Origin: Candidatus Aenigmatarchaeota archaeon
Lineage (GTDB): Archaea > Aenigmatarchaeota > Aenigmatarchaeia > CG10238-14 > SpSt-28
Assembly (NCBI GenBank): GCA_038733315.1
Contig: JAVYPJ010000001.1
Span: 263,863-327,862 of the forward strand
Direction of reading: 5' to 3'
Length of the DNA: 64,000 bases
Below the pieces are notes generated by a model. The model saw only the letters and a program-made list of their open reading frames with translations. It was not told the DNA's origin and did no database searches. Both the position numbers and the translations under genes were made by a program. This document shows, piece by piece, positions 46,528-56,586 of this stretch (position 1 is its first letter; every line of letters starts with the position of its first letter).

Positions 46528-46983
46528 CTATCTTTTACTTCTCTGCTTATGTCTTCTAGATCCTCTAGAGCTTGCACCCTTTCCGCTAGAATGGTGTGGT
46601 TCATTCATTCTATAATCCCTTTTTAATAACCATGGGTCAAAAGAATAAAAAATTTCCTCTAATTTTTTACCTCTACATAGTTTTAGTAAACCTTTTGCTA
46701 ATGCTTGTCTAATCGCTTCTGCTTGACTTACTAAACCGCTGCCTTTAACATTAACATTAATTTTATATTTTGGTAAGATGTCTTTTACGTATTCATTACA
46801 TAAATATATAACTTCTCTTATTCTCCATCTTAAATTTTCAGTACCCCAAAAGTTTAATGGCACAGAATTTATTTTTATTTCTATGTTATTATTCTCTTTT
46901 TCTCTTAGTTTAAACGTTACTCTAGCAACTGCAGTTTTTCTTTTACCTACGGTATGAATTATTTTTGGTGTTTTAGCTACCAT
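46528..46983 (-). CDS. rps9: 30S ribosomal protein uS9
   Basis: GKRKTAVAR, V.G.G..SQAEAIRQALA, FD..LL..D.R. Confidence 0.96.
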   Translation of the reverse strand: MVAKTPKIIHTVGKRKTAVARVTFKLREKENNNIEIKINSVPLNFWGTENLRWRIREVIYLCNEYVKDILPKYKINVNVKGSGLVSQAEAIRQALAKGLLKLCRGKKLEEIFYSFDPWLLKRDYRMNEPHHSSGKGASSRGSRRHKQRSKR

Positions 46984-47408
46984 CTTTTTTTAGCCCCTAT
47001 AGATAGGGATATATCCTCTAAGCTAATATAACCAGTTTTCATTAAATCATTTACATCTTTTATTTTAATATTTGTTATCTTGTCTTTATATTCTTCTGGT
47101 AATCCATAAAAAACTTTTAAATTTTTTAGCGCAGTTTTGCCCCTCTCTTTTTTATATGGTAGCATACCTCTAACTATTCTTCTAAAGATTTCATCTGGAT
47201 GTTTTGGATAAAACGGCCCTTTATAAGCGTCGCCTCTTTTAACCTTTTCCATAAATTTTTCTATTATTACTTCTCTCTTTCCACTAACAACCGCTTTTTC
47301 AATGTTAACAACAATAATTTTGTTTCCCTTTAATAACTCCTTAGCTACAAAGCTTGCTAATCTTCCAACAATTTTATTTTTTGCATCTATTATAATTTCT
47401 TTATTCAT
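46977..47408 (-). CDS. rpl13: 50S ribosomal protein uL13
   Basis: IDA....GRLAS.VAK.LL.G, P..IFRR.VRGMLPYK..RG..AL. Confidence 0.97.
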   Translation of the reverse strand: MNKEIIIDAKNKIVGRLASFVAKELLKGNKIIVVNIEKAVVSGKREVIIEKFMEKVKRGDAYKGPFYPKHPDEIFRRIVRGMLPYKKERGKTALKNLKVFYGLPEEYKDKITNIKIKDVNDLMKTGYISLEDISLSIGAKKRW

Positions 47409-47770
47409 ATTATAATCCTTATATTACTTCCCTTAGGATTTTTTTCTATTAACTCTTCTATGCTCATATATTCTATATTTTTCTTTTTTAGTTTTAATTC
47501 AGAAAGCTTAGAAAATTTCCAGGCAGCGATTATTATTTTTTTGTTTATTTCCCCCATACTTAAAACTTTTCCTGGAACTAAAATAGTTTCGCCATCTTTT
47601 GAATATTTATTTATTTTATAAAGATTTACTTCAATTCTTTTTCTTCTTGGTTTGCTTAGCAATTCAGCTACATATTTCCAAATTTTTGCGTTATTTTTTT
47701 TGCTAGCTTTTTCTAATTGCATTATTAATTTTTTTAAATGCGGATTTGTTGGCCCAGTTGGCTTTGCCAT
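47405..47770 (-). CDS. rpl18e: 50S ribosomal protein eL18
   Basis: PTNP.L, VNL.KI, VPGKVL, NPKGS. Confidence 0.97.
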   Translation of the reverse strand: MAKPTGPTNPHLKKLIMQLEKASKKNNAKIWKYVAELLSKPRRKRIEVNLYKINKYSKDGETILVPGKVLSMGEINKKIIIAAWKFSKLSELKLKKKNIEYMSIEELIEKNPKGSNIRIII

Positions 47771-47845
47771 AAATTATTTTTATTAAAAAATTTATGGTTT
47801 TAACTTTTCTTAAAAAATAAATATATTTCATCGGTAATACTTATA

Positions 47846-48820
47846 ATGGAAGAGCAAAAAAATGTAAGAACTATAAAATTAAATGTTTGGCAGCTAGTTT
47901 CAATTTTTTTGTTAATATCTCTTATAGCATCTATTTATTTTGGGGCTACTGGTAAATTCGTTTTTTTACAAAATAAGGGTTTAGTTAGCAATGAAATAGG
48001 TAATAAGGTAATAGAATATATAAACAAATACTTAGTTCAACCTGGAACCGAGGCGAGTTTAAAAGATGTGAAATTCGATAGTTCCTTAGGCTTATACGAA
48101 GTTATTACAGAATATATGGGTAATGAAATTTCTGTTTTTGTTTCTCCTAACGGAAAGTATTTGATTCTCGCAGATAAAAGAGCTATATTAGATTTAGAAA
48201 AGCCATTAGAAATTTCAAGTTCTATGGAAGAAGAATCTCAAAATGAAGAAATTTCAAAAAGCGATAAGCCAAGGGCGGAACTATTTATATTTAGCTATTG
48301 TCCATATGGAGTACAGGCATTAAAACCTTTTGCAAACGTTGCGAAATTAATGAAAGATTATGCAGAATTTTACGTTAAGTTTTTCAGTCATATGCATGGT
48401 GAATTTGAAAAACAGCAAAATATAATACAGGAATGTATAATTAGAATGTATCCAGAAAAATATTGGGATTATGCAATTAAGTTTGCTGATGAAGTTTTTA
48501 GAAAATGTTATGGTAATTTAACTTGTGATAAAGAAGAGAGTGTAAGGATAATGGAAGAACTAAAAATAGATTATAATAAGGTATTTGAATGTGTTGAAAA
48601 ATATGGCGAAACATATTATAAACAAGATATTGAAGATGCAAGAAAGTATGGATTGAGCGGCTCTCCATCTTTTGTGATTAATGGTGTTTATGTTAGGAAT
48701 GTAGTGAGAAATGAGGAGGGAATTAAAAATGCAGTGTGCCAGGCATTTAATACTAAACCAGAAATTTGTAATCAAGTTTTATCAACTCAAACTCAAAATG
48801 TACCTCAAGGAAGCTGTTAG
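47846..48820 (+). CDS. Membrane-anchored DsbA/thioredoxin-fold protein (CPYG motif)
   Basis: N-terminal TM, ELFIFSYCPYG, MHG..E, GSPSFVING. Confidence 0.75.
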   Translation: MEEQKNVRTIKLNVWQLVSIFLLISLIASIYFGATGKFVFLQNKGLVSNEIGNKVIEYINKYLVQPGTEASLKDVKFDSSLGLYEVITEYMGNEISVFVSPNGKYLILADKRAILDLEKPLEISSSMEEESQNEEISKSDKPRAELFIFSYCPYGVQALKPFANVAKLMKDYAEFYVKFFSHMHGEFEKQQNIIQECIIRMYPEKYWDYAIKFADEVFRKCYGNLTCDKEESVRIMEELKIDYNKVFECVEKYGETYYKQDIEDARKYGLSGSPSFVINGVYVRNVVRNEEGIKNAVCQAFNTKPEICNQVLSTQTQNVPQGSC

Positions 48821-48881
48821 TTTTTGAAATATTTATATAGACAAAAAAATACTTATATATTTTTTTGATAAATAATTTATA

Positions 48882-50048
48882 ATGGTAAATAAAAGATTTC
48901 AGAAATTTTTGTTTTTATTATTAGCAATAGTTACGTTTTTGTCATTTACTATTTTACCAGTATTTTCTGATACTAATGATAAGAATATTTTTAGTGCGAT
49001 TTATTATTTAGGGATTTTGACCGGCGTGTTTTGTATAATAGGAGGTGTGTTTGGGATTATTAAAAAAGCTGTTAAGTATGGTATTTTAGGTATTATTGTC
49101 GGGATTATAGTAATAGGAATTTTTAGTTATGCGAATGCAGTCTTAATTGGGATAGGCTTTTCGAATTTTTTTGCCTTAGGTTTTTTAGTAGCAATCTCCT
49201 CTGGATGTCTTTATTTTTTGGGATACGTATCTGCAAAAACTCGTAATATTGTAAAATATTCAAAGTATTTTTTTGATGCTAGTGCTATAGTTGCTTTTAT
49301 TGGAATTTTTATAGTAGAGTTGTTGATATTTTCTCAATATGTTAATATAAGTAAACTACCGATAGTGGAATGTAAAGGTGATGTAAGCTTCTTTGAAGTT
49401 CAAAGATTTTTCTTTTGTATCTTTTTGGGAAGCGAACTTAGTGGTGAACAGCCATTTTGGATGTGGATTTCTTTTTTCATCTTCGGTTTTATAATTCCTT
49501 TTGTGTTGATGTTTTCACTTGTTTATGGTCTATTTTTCGGAATGGGATTACATCAACTTTTTGGAAGATATGGTAAAGAAGTTGTTGGTGTTATAGCTTT
49601 TGTGACGGCTTTATTTGGAGCAAGACAGCTAATAGGGGTTTTCCTGATAGATTTACTAGCTTATGGTGTTTGGGGAATTTTTGGAGTTATGATATCTTTT
49701 ATAATAACATCTATGATAAGATTTACGGGCAGAATGTTTCTAAAGGATATAAGGGAGTTAACCGAAAGCGTATATGGAGAGTTTGTAGTATCTCATTTTG
49801 TTGGTTTAAATCAAATAAAACAACAATTGGATAATTTTTCAGCGGCAATAAGGAATCCAGAAGTCCCGACTGAGTTCTTAAAAGCTGCAGCTGGTTCATT
49901 AGATAATATAATTGCGACTTTAAGTGGTTTTACTAAGGAATCAGATCCTAGAATTTCCATATACGCGAACCAACTTTTATTACAAGCCTCTGAATTGAGG
50001 AAAATTGTACAAAAAATACTAGATGAAAGAAGTGGCCAAAAAGTTTAA
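48882..50048 (+). CDS. Polytopic membrane protein with C-terminal helical tail
   Basis: Many TM segments; paralogous to 50097-51125. Confidence 0.7.
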   Translation: MVNKRFQKFLFLLLAIVTFLSFTILPVFSDTNDKNIFSAIYYLGILTGVFCIIGGVFGIIKKAVKYGILGIIVGIIVIGIFSYANAVLIGIGFSNFFALGFLVAISSGCLYFLGYVSAKTRNIVKYSKYFFDASAIVAFIGIFIVELLIFSQYVNISKLPIVECKGDVSFFEVQRFFFCIFLGSELSGEQPFWMWISFFIFGFIIPFVLMFSLVYGLFFGMGLHQLFGRYGKEVVGVIAFVTALFGARQLIGVFLIDLLAYGVWGIFGVMISFIITSMIRFTGRMFLKDIRELTESVYGEFVVSHFVGLNQIKQQLDNFSAAIRNPEVPTEFLKAAAGSLDNIIATLSGFTKESDPRISIYANQLLLQASELRKIVQKILDERSGQKV

Positions 50049-50096
50049 TTATTACAATCGTTTTTTTAAAAAATATTAATTTTAAAAAATATTATT

Positions 50097-51125
50097 ATGG
50101 CTAGTAAAGAATCGAGAGTTATGGCGATTTTTTGGTTAATTATGATAATAACAATTCTCATAATATCCATACCATTGATAGCAACAATTTTATCTAAGTT
50201 TAATGGCACAGGTTCAAATACGGAACAGACTTACTGGATATTTCCTTTGGTTATATTTTCAGCTATTCTTATTATTGTTGGTATATTTATAAGAAAGACA
50301 TTCTTAATAAATTTGGGGTTCGGATTATTGTTTGTTTTTATATTACTAATAGAATTGTTTATAATTTTTCCGGCGTTCATAGGAGTTAGAGAAAAAGTAA
50401 TTAGTTATGAAGTTTGTAAAGAAAAACCGCTTTTAAGATTAGGCACAATAAGCTGTATATTAACAGGTTATGAACCTAACAGTGAAAATTTTGTAGATAT
50501 AATATCTTTTTGGGTGTTTATTCTTATTTTACCGTTTGCGGTAATATATTCTATAACTTTTGGTCTATTTTTCGGAATGGGCTTAGATAAGATGTTTGGT
50601 GTTTATGGTAGACCTGTGATTTCAATACTAGCTTTTGCAACAGCTTTGTTCGGAATGAGGCAATTTATAGGACCATTCTTAATAGATTTATTAGCATATG
50701 GTGTTTGGGGAATTTTCGGAGTTTTAATTGCTTGTATAATAACTGGAGCATTAAGATTTATAATGTTAAAAACATTCATAGAGACAGAGGAAATGAAAAA
50801 AAGTATCGCGTCTATGTTTAAACTGGGTGAGATGAAGTTATTAGAAAAGATAAGAGATTTTATGCGTGAGGTTGACATTGCTTTAAGTAGCGAGGACGCT
50901 TATAAAAAACTGAGTCCTCAGGATATAGATAACTATATAAGTCAACTTAATATTTACAAAAATAATTTAGAAGGTATTAAGAAAAATACCGACGACGCAT
51001 CAGAAAAAGCGGAGTGCGAACAGCTTATAAAAGAGATAGAAAAACTCATAGGCAGGGCTAAAGAAGTAAGGAGTGAAATAGAAAAACAAAGAGGAGGGAA
51101 GTTACCACAACCACCTTATTATTAA
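50097..51125 (+). CDS. Polytopic membrane protein, tandem paralogue of 48882-50048
   Basis: Shares GLFFGMGL..FG.YG and FLIDLLAYGVWGIFGV; coiled-coil tail. Confidence 0.7.
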   Translation: MASKESRVMAIFWLIMIITILIISIPLIATILSKFNGTGSNTEQTYWIFPLVIFSAILIIVGIFIRKTFLINLGFGLLFVFILLIELFIIFPAFIGVREKVISYEVCKEKPLLRLGTISCILTGYEPNSENFVDIISFWVFILILPFAVIYSITFGLFFGMGLDKMFGVYGRPVISILAFATALFGMRQFIGPFLIDLLAYGVWGIFGVLIACIITGALRFIMLKTFIETEEMKKSIASMFKLGEMKLLEKIRDFMREVDIALSSEDAYKKLSPQDIDNYISQLNIYKNNLEGIKKNTDDASEKAECEQLIKEIEKLIGRAKEVRSEIEKQRGGKLPQPPYY

Positions 51126-51208
51126 TTTATTCTAGATATATAATTTTGTTTAATTTTGTAGATTAATATTTAAGTCTATATATTTTGTATTACTATATAG
51201 TAATAATC

Positions 51209-53185
51209 ATGGACGGAGTTATAATATTAGAATCTATGGATAATAGAATAATAATTGATGAAAAGAATAAAAAAGTATTGAAAAAATGTAAGGAATTTCC
51301 AATCTCTAAGGAAAAGTTTATTAGAGAGAAGGAAACATTAAAAGAACTTAAAGATGTGGGTGTGGTACCTAAATTACTGTCTATCGTAGACAGCTCTATC
51401 GAGGTGGAATACCTATATGACTATTATAATGTAACACCAGAGAAAATTTTTGAAACGCTTAAAAAAATTTATAATTTCTATGGGATAGAAACATTGATCT
51501 TAAATAAAGATGTTATTCTCAAAAGAATTTCTAATGTAGAAAAAATGATTGGCAGCGGAATAAGAAATCCGGTTATAAATGCTTCTATAGATTTTTTAAA
51601 AAATTACGTTATTTCGAATAAAAACTTCATCGTTCACGAAACAAAAATAAATGGAAATTTAGCTTTGAGACATTTAAAGAGAGATACAGATGGCAATTTG
51701 AAAATTATAGATTGGGGTGATTCGAGAAAAGGTTTTATAGAAGAAGATATTGGATATTTTAGAGCAGAAGAGTTAATGTTCTTTGAGAAGGAGGGAAACG
51801 AACCTCTGCATATAAAAAAGTTATTAGATGGTTTGGAAGCGTTATTATATTATGACGATTTGATTGATAAAAAATCATTGAAATTATTTTCTTCGCTAAA
51901 GCACATCGAGAGAATACCATTTACAAATTTTTATGAATGTAATAATCCTAAGAAAGAGTATCTTTTAAAAGAACTATCGGCGCTTAATGTTATTGAAGAA
52001 CTTTCACTAAGAGATATAATGTCATATCCATATAAGATAAATCCGAAACGAATCCTCTTGGTTACTTGGGGGCCACAGGGTTCTGTAGGTGGTGTGGCTA
52101 CATATATTAATTGCATAAAGGAATATCTAGGGGAATTCGGTTTTGTATTTCATGAAATAGCATCTTATGAAAATCCAAAAAAAAGAGGAGAAATAGACTA
52201 TTTTATAAAATTGGAAAATGGTCAGTGGAAAAGAGTAGAAAAAGAGGATATTATTAGACATATTAAGAAGCTGAATGTTAATTTAGTAGACATTCATTCT
52301 TTTCCATCTGGTCTTGATTTTAATGGTGAGAGTTTGGTAGAAATCATAAGGAAAAATGTACAGAAACCTATAATATATACTGCTCACGTTTGTGTCGGGG
52401 ATGTGATAAAGAGTAGGTCGTATATAGAATCAGATTTAAGGTGTATTAATGAAGCTTCTATATTCGTGAGTAACCAATATCTTTTAGAAAGATATTTAGA
52501 GACATTTAGAAATGTTTTGAAATCAAAAAAAATTAAGATAATAAATCAAAGTAGTGGACTTTATACAAGAGAAATAGACAAAAAAAAGGTTGAAGAGATT
52601 GTGAATAAATATAAAAACTGTTGGAGGATTTTATATCATGGTAGAATAACTGAAGATAAAGGTATATTAGAACTTTTAGCTGCTATCGAGGATCTTTCTA
52701 ATAAATTTAGTGCGGATGATGTGGGTTTAGAATTGTTTATGACTGGAAAGATAAGATCTGGTGCTAATTCTATTGAAGAAATCTACGGTAAAAAATTACC
52801 AAAAAATGTCGAATATTTTGGTATAGTATCAGAAAATAGACTTGCTGAAATTATAGAAGCATCTCATATCTTAGTACAGCCTACTCATTACGATTCATTT
52901 AATATAAGTTTATTGGAAGCATCTCTATATGATAAACCAATGATAACTTTTAATATTTTTGCACCAAAATATTATTTTATAGATAAATATAAAGTAGCGT
53001 ATCCAGTAGAATGGAGTGATAGTTTCAAAGAGAGAGTTAATAATTTATCTAGAGCTATTGAAGATGTTATTTTTAATTACAATCGTTTCAAAAAAATTGT
53101 TGAAAAGGGTAAGTTAGAAATTATATCTAATCATTCGGTTGGAAGATTTATCTATGATTATATTAATTTGTATAGAAGATTATAG
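51209..53185 (+). CDS. Fusion of a kinase-like (APH/choline kinase fold) domain and a GT4 glycosyltransferase
   Basis: N-half: VPKLL, NGNLALRHL, IIDWGD. C-half: GGVATY, HGRI..DKG, PTHYDSFNISLLEA. Start taken at ATG 51209. Confidence 0.75.
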   Translation: MDGVIILESMDNRIIIDEKNKKVLKKCKEFPISKEKFIREKETLKELKDVGVVPKLLSIVDSSIEVEYLYDYYNVTPEKIFETLKKIYNFYGIETLILNKDVILKRISNVEKMIGSGIRNPVINASIDFLKNYVISNKNFIVHETKINGNLALRHLKRDTDGNLKIIDWGDSRKGFIEEDIGYFRAEELMFFEKEGNEPLHIKKLLDGLEALLYYDDLIDKKSLKLFSSLKHIERIPFTNFYECNNPKKEYLLKELSALNVIEELSLRDIMSYPYKINPKRILLVTWGPQGSVGGVATYINCIKEYLGEFGFVFHEIASYENPKKRGEIDYFIKLENGQWKRVEKEDIIRHIKKLNVNLVDIHSFPSGLDFNGESLVEIIRKNVQKPIIYTAHVCVGDVIKSRSYIESDLRCINEASIFVSNQYLLERYLETFRNVLKSKKIKIINQSSGLYTREIDKKKVEEIVNKYKNCWRILYHGRITEDKGILELLAAIEDLSNKFSADDVGLELFMTGKIRSGANSIEEIYGKKLPKNVEYFGIVSENRLAEIIEASHILVQPTHYDSFNISLLEASLYDKPMITFNIFAPKYYFIDKYKVAYPVEWSDSFKERVNNLSRAIEDVIFNYNRFKKIVEKGKLEIISNHSVGRFIYDYINLYRRL

Positions 53186-53237
53186 TTTTAACAAAACTCG
53201 ATTTTAAATTTTTTATCTTGTTTGCAGTATTTTTATT

Positions 53238-54308
53238 ATGGATAACAAACTAGTTACATTAGTCTATTTGATTCTTTCTACAATGATAGGCGCTGGAATT
53301 TTAGCATTACCATATGCTCTTTATTCTGTTGGAATTTTTTCTTCAATTTTTTTATATTTAATTTCCGCATTTATAATTTATGTAGCTTCAACAATTCTGC
53401 TTAGGGCAAGCTTAAAATACTACAAGACAATTCTACCAGAAGTTTTTGGGAGATATCTAGGTAAAGGATTTAAAAGGATATCTTTTTTTCTTATATCACT
53501 TTCCATTGTTTTTGTTTGTATAGCTTATTTAAATGTTATAAATTTATCAATAAAATTTTTTAATATTAATTCAGAAGTATATACTCTATTAATAACTGCT
53601 ATTGCGATGGCAATAACCTTTGTTGGATTTAATTTAGTAGAAAAATCAGAAAAAATACTTTTTACTATAAAAATAATAATAATTTTATTTTTTTTATCCT
53701 ATATTGTTTTTATTCCGAAAAAATATGATTTAGAGTTTTTTTCTCTAAATATAAAGAGCTATTTTCAGTTATTATTGATTTCTGTTTTTGCATTTTCATT
53801 TTATTCAATAGTTCCATCTCTTCTGTATGTAACTAGGGATGAAAAATTATTAAGAAAATCCATAATAATCTCGATTTCAATAGCTCTTTTCCTCTACTTC
53901 GTTTTCTCTTATTTTACGGCTTTTCGTTCTGGTAGTTCGGAGATATCTACATTAAGTTTTAGTTCGTTAACAAATTTCTTAACATTATTTTTAGTTATAA
54001 CACCATATTTAATTCTCTCTTGGATATTAAGCGAAAACATTTCAGAATTTTTTAGGCAAGAAAAAAGAGTGTCTGTTCTAATTTCTTTCGGGTTACCATT
54101 TATACTTTTTATAGTTTTACCAAAATCTTTTCTTTTATACATTGAAATTACTAGCGCATTCTTTATCTTATCGATATATTTTCTAATAGGATTACTAGGT
54201 TATAGGTTTAGCAATGAGCTAAGTATTAACAAGAATCTTCCATTGTTTTTAATGGTCATTTCGACTATATTAATATTTTTTGAGATTATTAACTTAGTTT
54301 TATTATGA
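53238..54308 (+). CDS. Amino acid permease (aromatic amino acid/HAAAP-like)
   Basis: TMIGAGILALPY; about 11 TM segments. Confidence 0.85.
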   Translation: MDNKLVTLVYLILSTMIGAGILALPYALYSVGIFSSIFLYLISAFIIYVASTILLRASLKYYKTILPEVFGRYLGKGFKRISFFLISLSIVFVCIAYLNVINLSIKFFNINSEVYTLLITAIAMAITFVGFNLVEKSEKILFTIKIIIILFFLSYIVFIPKKYDLEFFSLNIKSYFQLLLISVFAFSFYSIVPSLLYVTRDEKLLRKSIIISISIALFLYFVFSYFTAFRSGSSEISTLSFSSLTNFLTLFLVITPYLILSWILSENISEFFRQEKRVSVLISFGLPFILFIVLPKSFLLYIEITSAFFILSIYFLIGLLGYRFSNELSINKNLPLFLMVISTILIFFEIINLVLL

Positions 54309-55111
54309 TAGAAATAAAGAGTAAGATAATAAATCTGAAGTTTGATAAAAATACCAATGAACTTTTTTTGAATAACAACAAACTAAAAGCTGATGAAAGG
54401 AAAGTAAGAGATATGAAACCTGTTTTTATGTGTGAAGAAATACAAGAAAATTTTTTGGATAAAACTTTATACTATATGTTCAGGGATGTTAAGAGAGAAG
54501 AAGATAAGGAAAAGCTTGGGAATATAAGATTTGACATAACAGCAATAATTCCTGGTAAAATATGTGGAGAATATATTAAAACTTTTGGACATGTACATTC
54601 TTATCCTGAAAACTCTTCGCTTTCTTATCCAGAGGTTTATCAAGTATTAAATGGACAAGCACTTTTTGTTTTGCAAAAGTATAATGATAGCTTAATGGTT
54701 GAAGAAGTTATTTTAGTTAAAGGTTTGAAAGGTGATATAGTTATAATTCCGCCTAACTACGGTCATGTAACTGTAAATATTGGTGAGGACATGTTAGTAA
54801 TGTCTAATTTAATTAGTCGAAACTGTAAGTCCGATTATAAACGTTATGAAGAGAGAAGAGGTGCAGCTGTTTATGCTGTTAGTAAAGAAGTTGAAGGGGT
54901 ACCTGAAATTTTTATAAATGGCGTTAAAATAATAAGAAATAAAAATTATAAAGAAGAATTTAAAATAACGTATTATGAAAATCCAAAAGAGCATAATAGT
55001 AGATTTTTAAAAAAAGATTTTCCAAGTGGAGAAAATCTCTATGATTTATTAGTATTAAAATTGTATGATTTTTCCTTTTTAGAGAAACCGTCGCTAATGA
55101 TTGCTAAATAA
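54305..55111 (+). CDS. Cupin-type glucose-6-phosphate isomerase
   Basis: LYYMFRD, RFDIT.I.PG, KTFGHVH, PEVYQV..G, IPPNYGHVTVN. Confidence 0.88.
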   Translation: MIEIKSKIINLKFDKNTNELFLNNNKLKADERKVRDMKPVFMCEEIQENFLDKTLYYMFRDVKREEDKEKLGNIRFDITAIIPGKICGEYIKTFGHVHSYPENSSLSYPEVYQVLNGQALFVLQKYNDSLMVEEVILVKGLKGDIVIIPPNYGHVTVNIGEDMLVMSNLISRNCKSDYKRYEERRGAAVYAVSKEVEGVPEIFINGVKIIRNKNYKEEFKITYYENPKEHNSRFLKKDFPSGENLYDLLVLKLYDFSFLEKPSLMIAK

Positions 55112-55145
55112 ATAAAAAAATATTAACTTTTTTAATTTTTTAGAG

Positions 55146-55216
55146 GCGCCAGTCGTCTAGCGGTAGGACACCGGCTTCCCAAGCCGGTAGCCCGGGTTCA
55201 AATCCCGGCTGGCGCA
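55146..55216 (+). tRNA. tRNA-Gly(CCC), no intron, CCA not encoded
   Basis: Acceptor GCGCCAG/CTGGCGC, anticodon arm CCGGC-TTCCCAA-GCCGG, T-loop GGTTCAAATCC. Confidence 0.97.
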
Positions 55217-55225
55217 TATTTTTAA

Positions 55226-55939
55226 TCATTCAAACAATAGAACTCTAACAAACCTATATGTAATAATTACTAAGAATGAAAAGAGCGCGTATCCTACTAT
55301 TGCTAATACTATTGCTATGAATTTACTTATGGGGCTAATCGGAACAATATCTCCATATCCTATGGTTGTTACTGTTTGTGCTGATAGCCAAATACCATCT
55401 ATCATATTTTTTATTTTGCTATTCGGTATATCAGCCTCTAATATATAAAAGATAGACCCGCCAATAATAATTGTAACAAAAAATGAAAAAATACACAACT
55501 CAATATTTCTAAAAGAAACTTCGTCAAACGCTTTAGCAAGTTTTTTTCTGTTCTCTATAACAGGATAAATACACCTTATTATTCTTAATAATCTTAATAT
55601 TCTTAATAACCTAAATGATCTAAGTACGGCATAGTTTTTTAGGCCTAATAGAAACAAATAACCAGCAAGTACTGATAAAAAATCTATAATACCAAAAATA
55701 CTTATAACATATTCAATTTTTCTTTTTGTGGTTAGTATTCTTAAAATATATTCTATGGTAAATATAGAGGTAAACAAAATCTCTGAAAAAATAAAATATT
55801 TTTGATATTTATCCCAAAAATCAGGAATAGTTTCTAGTATTATTAAAAATATCGAAACTAGAATTATTATCGATATAATATCATTAAAAATTATATATTC
55901 TTTAGAGCCTTCTGCCCAGAAAAAATCTTTAATTTGCAT
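55226..55939 (-). CDS. Voltage-gated potassium channel (KvAP-like)
   Basis: S4 LRSFRLLRILRLLR, filter TVTTIGYGD. Confidence 0.92.
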   Translation of the reverse strand: MQIKDFFWAEGSKEYIIFNDIISIIILVSIFLIILETIPDFWDKYQKYFIFSEILFTSIFTIEYILRILTTKRKIEYVISIFGIIDFLSVLAGYLFLLGLKNYAVLRSFRLLRILRLLRIIRCIYPVIENRKKLAKAFDEVSFRNIELCIFSFFVTIIIGGSIFYILEADIPNSKIKNMIDGIWLSAQTVTTIGYGDIVPISPISKFIAIVLAIVGYALFSFLVIITYRFVRVLLFE

Positions 55940-55944
55940 AAAAT

Positions 55945-56151
55945 TTACTTAGTAAGTTCTTTAATTTCTATAGCCTCTGCTGGACAGCTTTCTGCGGCCT
56001 CTTTAACTTTTTCTAAAATTTTTTCATCTTCAATTATATCTTTTTTCGCTCGGGAAAAACCCTCTTCACTAAATTCAAAGACTTCTGGAGCGATTGCTAT
56101 GCAACTTCCGCAACCAATGCATTTTTCGTTAACCTTTATTTTTATCTTCAT
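55945..56151 (-). CDS. Ferredoxin, single [4Fe-4S] cluster
   Basis: CIGCGSC...APEVF...CPAEAI. Confidence 0.92.
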   Translation of the reverse strand: MKIKIKVNEKCIGCGSCIAIAPEVFEFSEEGFSRAKKDIIEDEKILEKVKEAAESCPAEAIEIKELTK

Positions 56152-56196
56152 AAATAAATTCAAAACTATCATATAAATTCTTTTTTGATTAAATTT

Positions 56197-56586
56197 ATGG
56201 AAACAGTGAGAAAAGCTATAAAAGAATTAAAAGAAAAGGATTTAGTAATAATAGATGGCGCGCCATGCAGAGTAGAAAGTGTATCGACATCAGTAAGCGG
56301 TAAGCATGGTGCAGCAAAAACTAGAGTAGAAGCGATAGGATTGTTTGATAGAAAAAGGAGAAGTATAGTTCAACCAGCTGATGAAAGTGTAGAAGTACCG
56401 ATAATAAAAAAGAAAAAAGCCCAAGTTTTAGCGATAATAGGAGATAAAGCACAGCTAATGGATTTAGAAACTTATGAGACTCTAGAATTAGAAATTCCTG
56501 AAGAGAAGAGAGAAAAATTAAGAGAGGGCGAAGAAGTTTGGTATTATGAAGTTGTTGGTGTTAAGACGTTAAGAGATTTGAAATGA
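56197..56586 (+). CDS. eif5a: Translation factor aIF-5A
   Basis: IDG.PC, SGKHGAAK hypusine loop, QLMDLETYE. Confidence 0.96.
   Translation: METVRKAIKELKEKDLVIIDGAPCRVESVSTSVSGKHGAAKTRVEAIGLFDRKRRSIVQPADESVEVPIIKKKKAQVLAIIGDKAQLMDLETYETLELEIPEEKREKLREGEEVWYYEVVGVKTLRDLK

Noticed and set aside
55100..55940. Integrated element at tRNA-Gly
   Set aside because: No integrase and no duplicated tRNA 3' end seen in the window.
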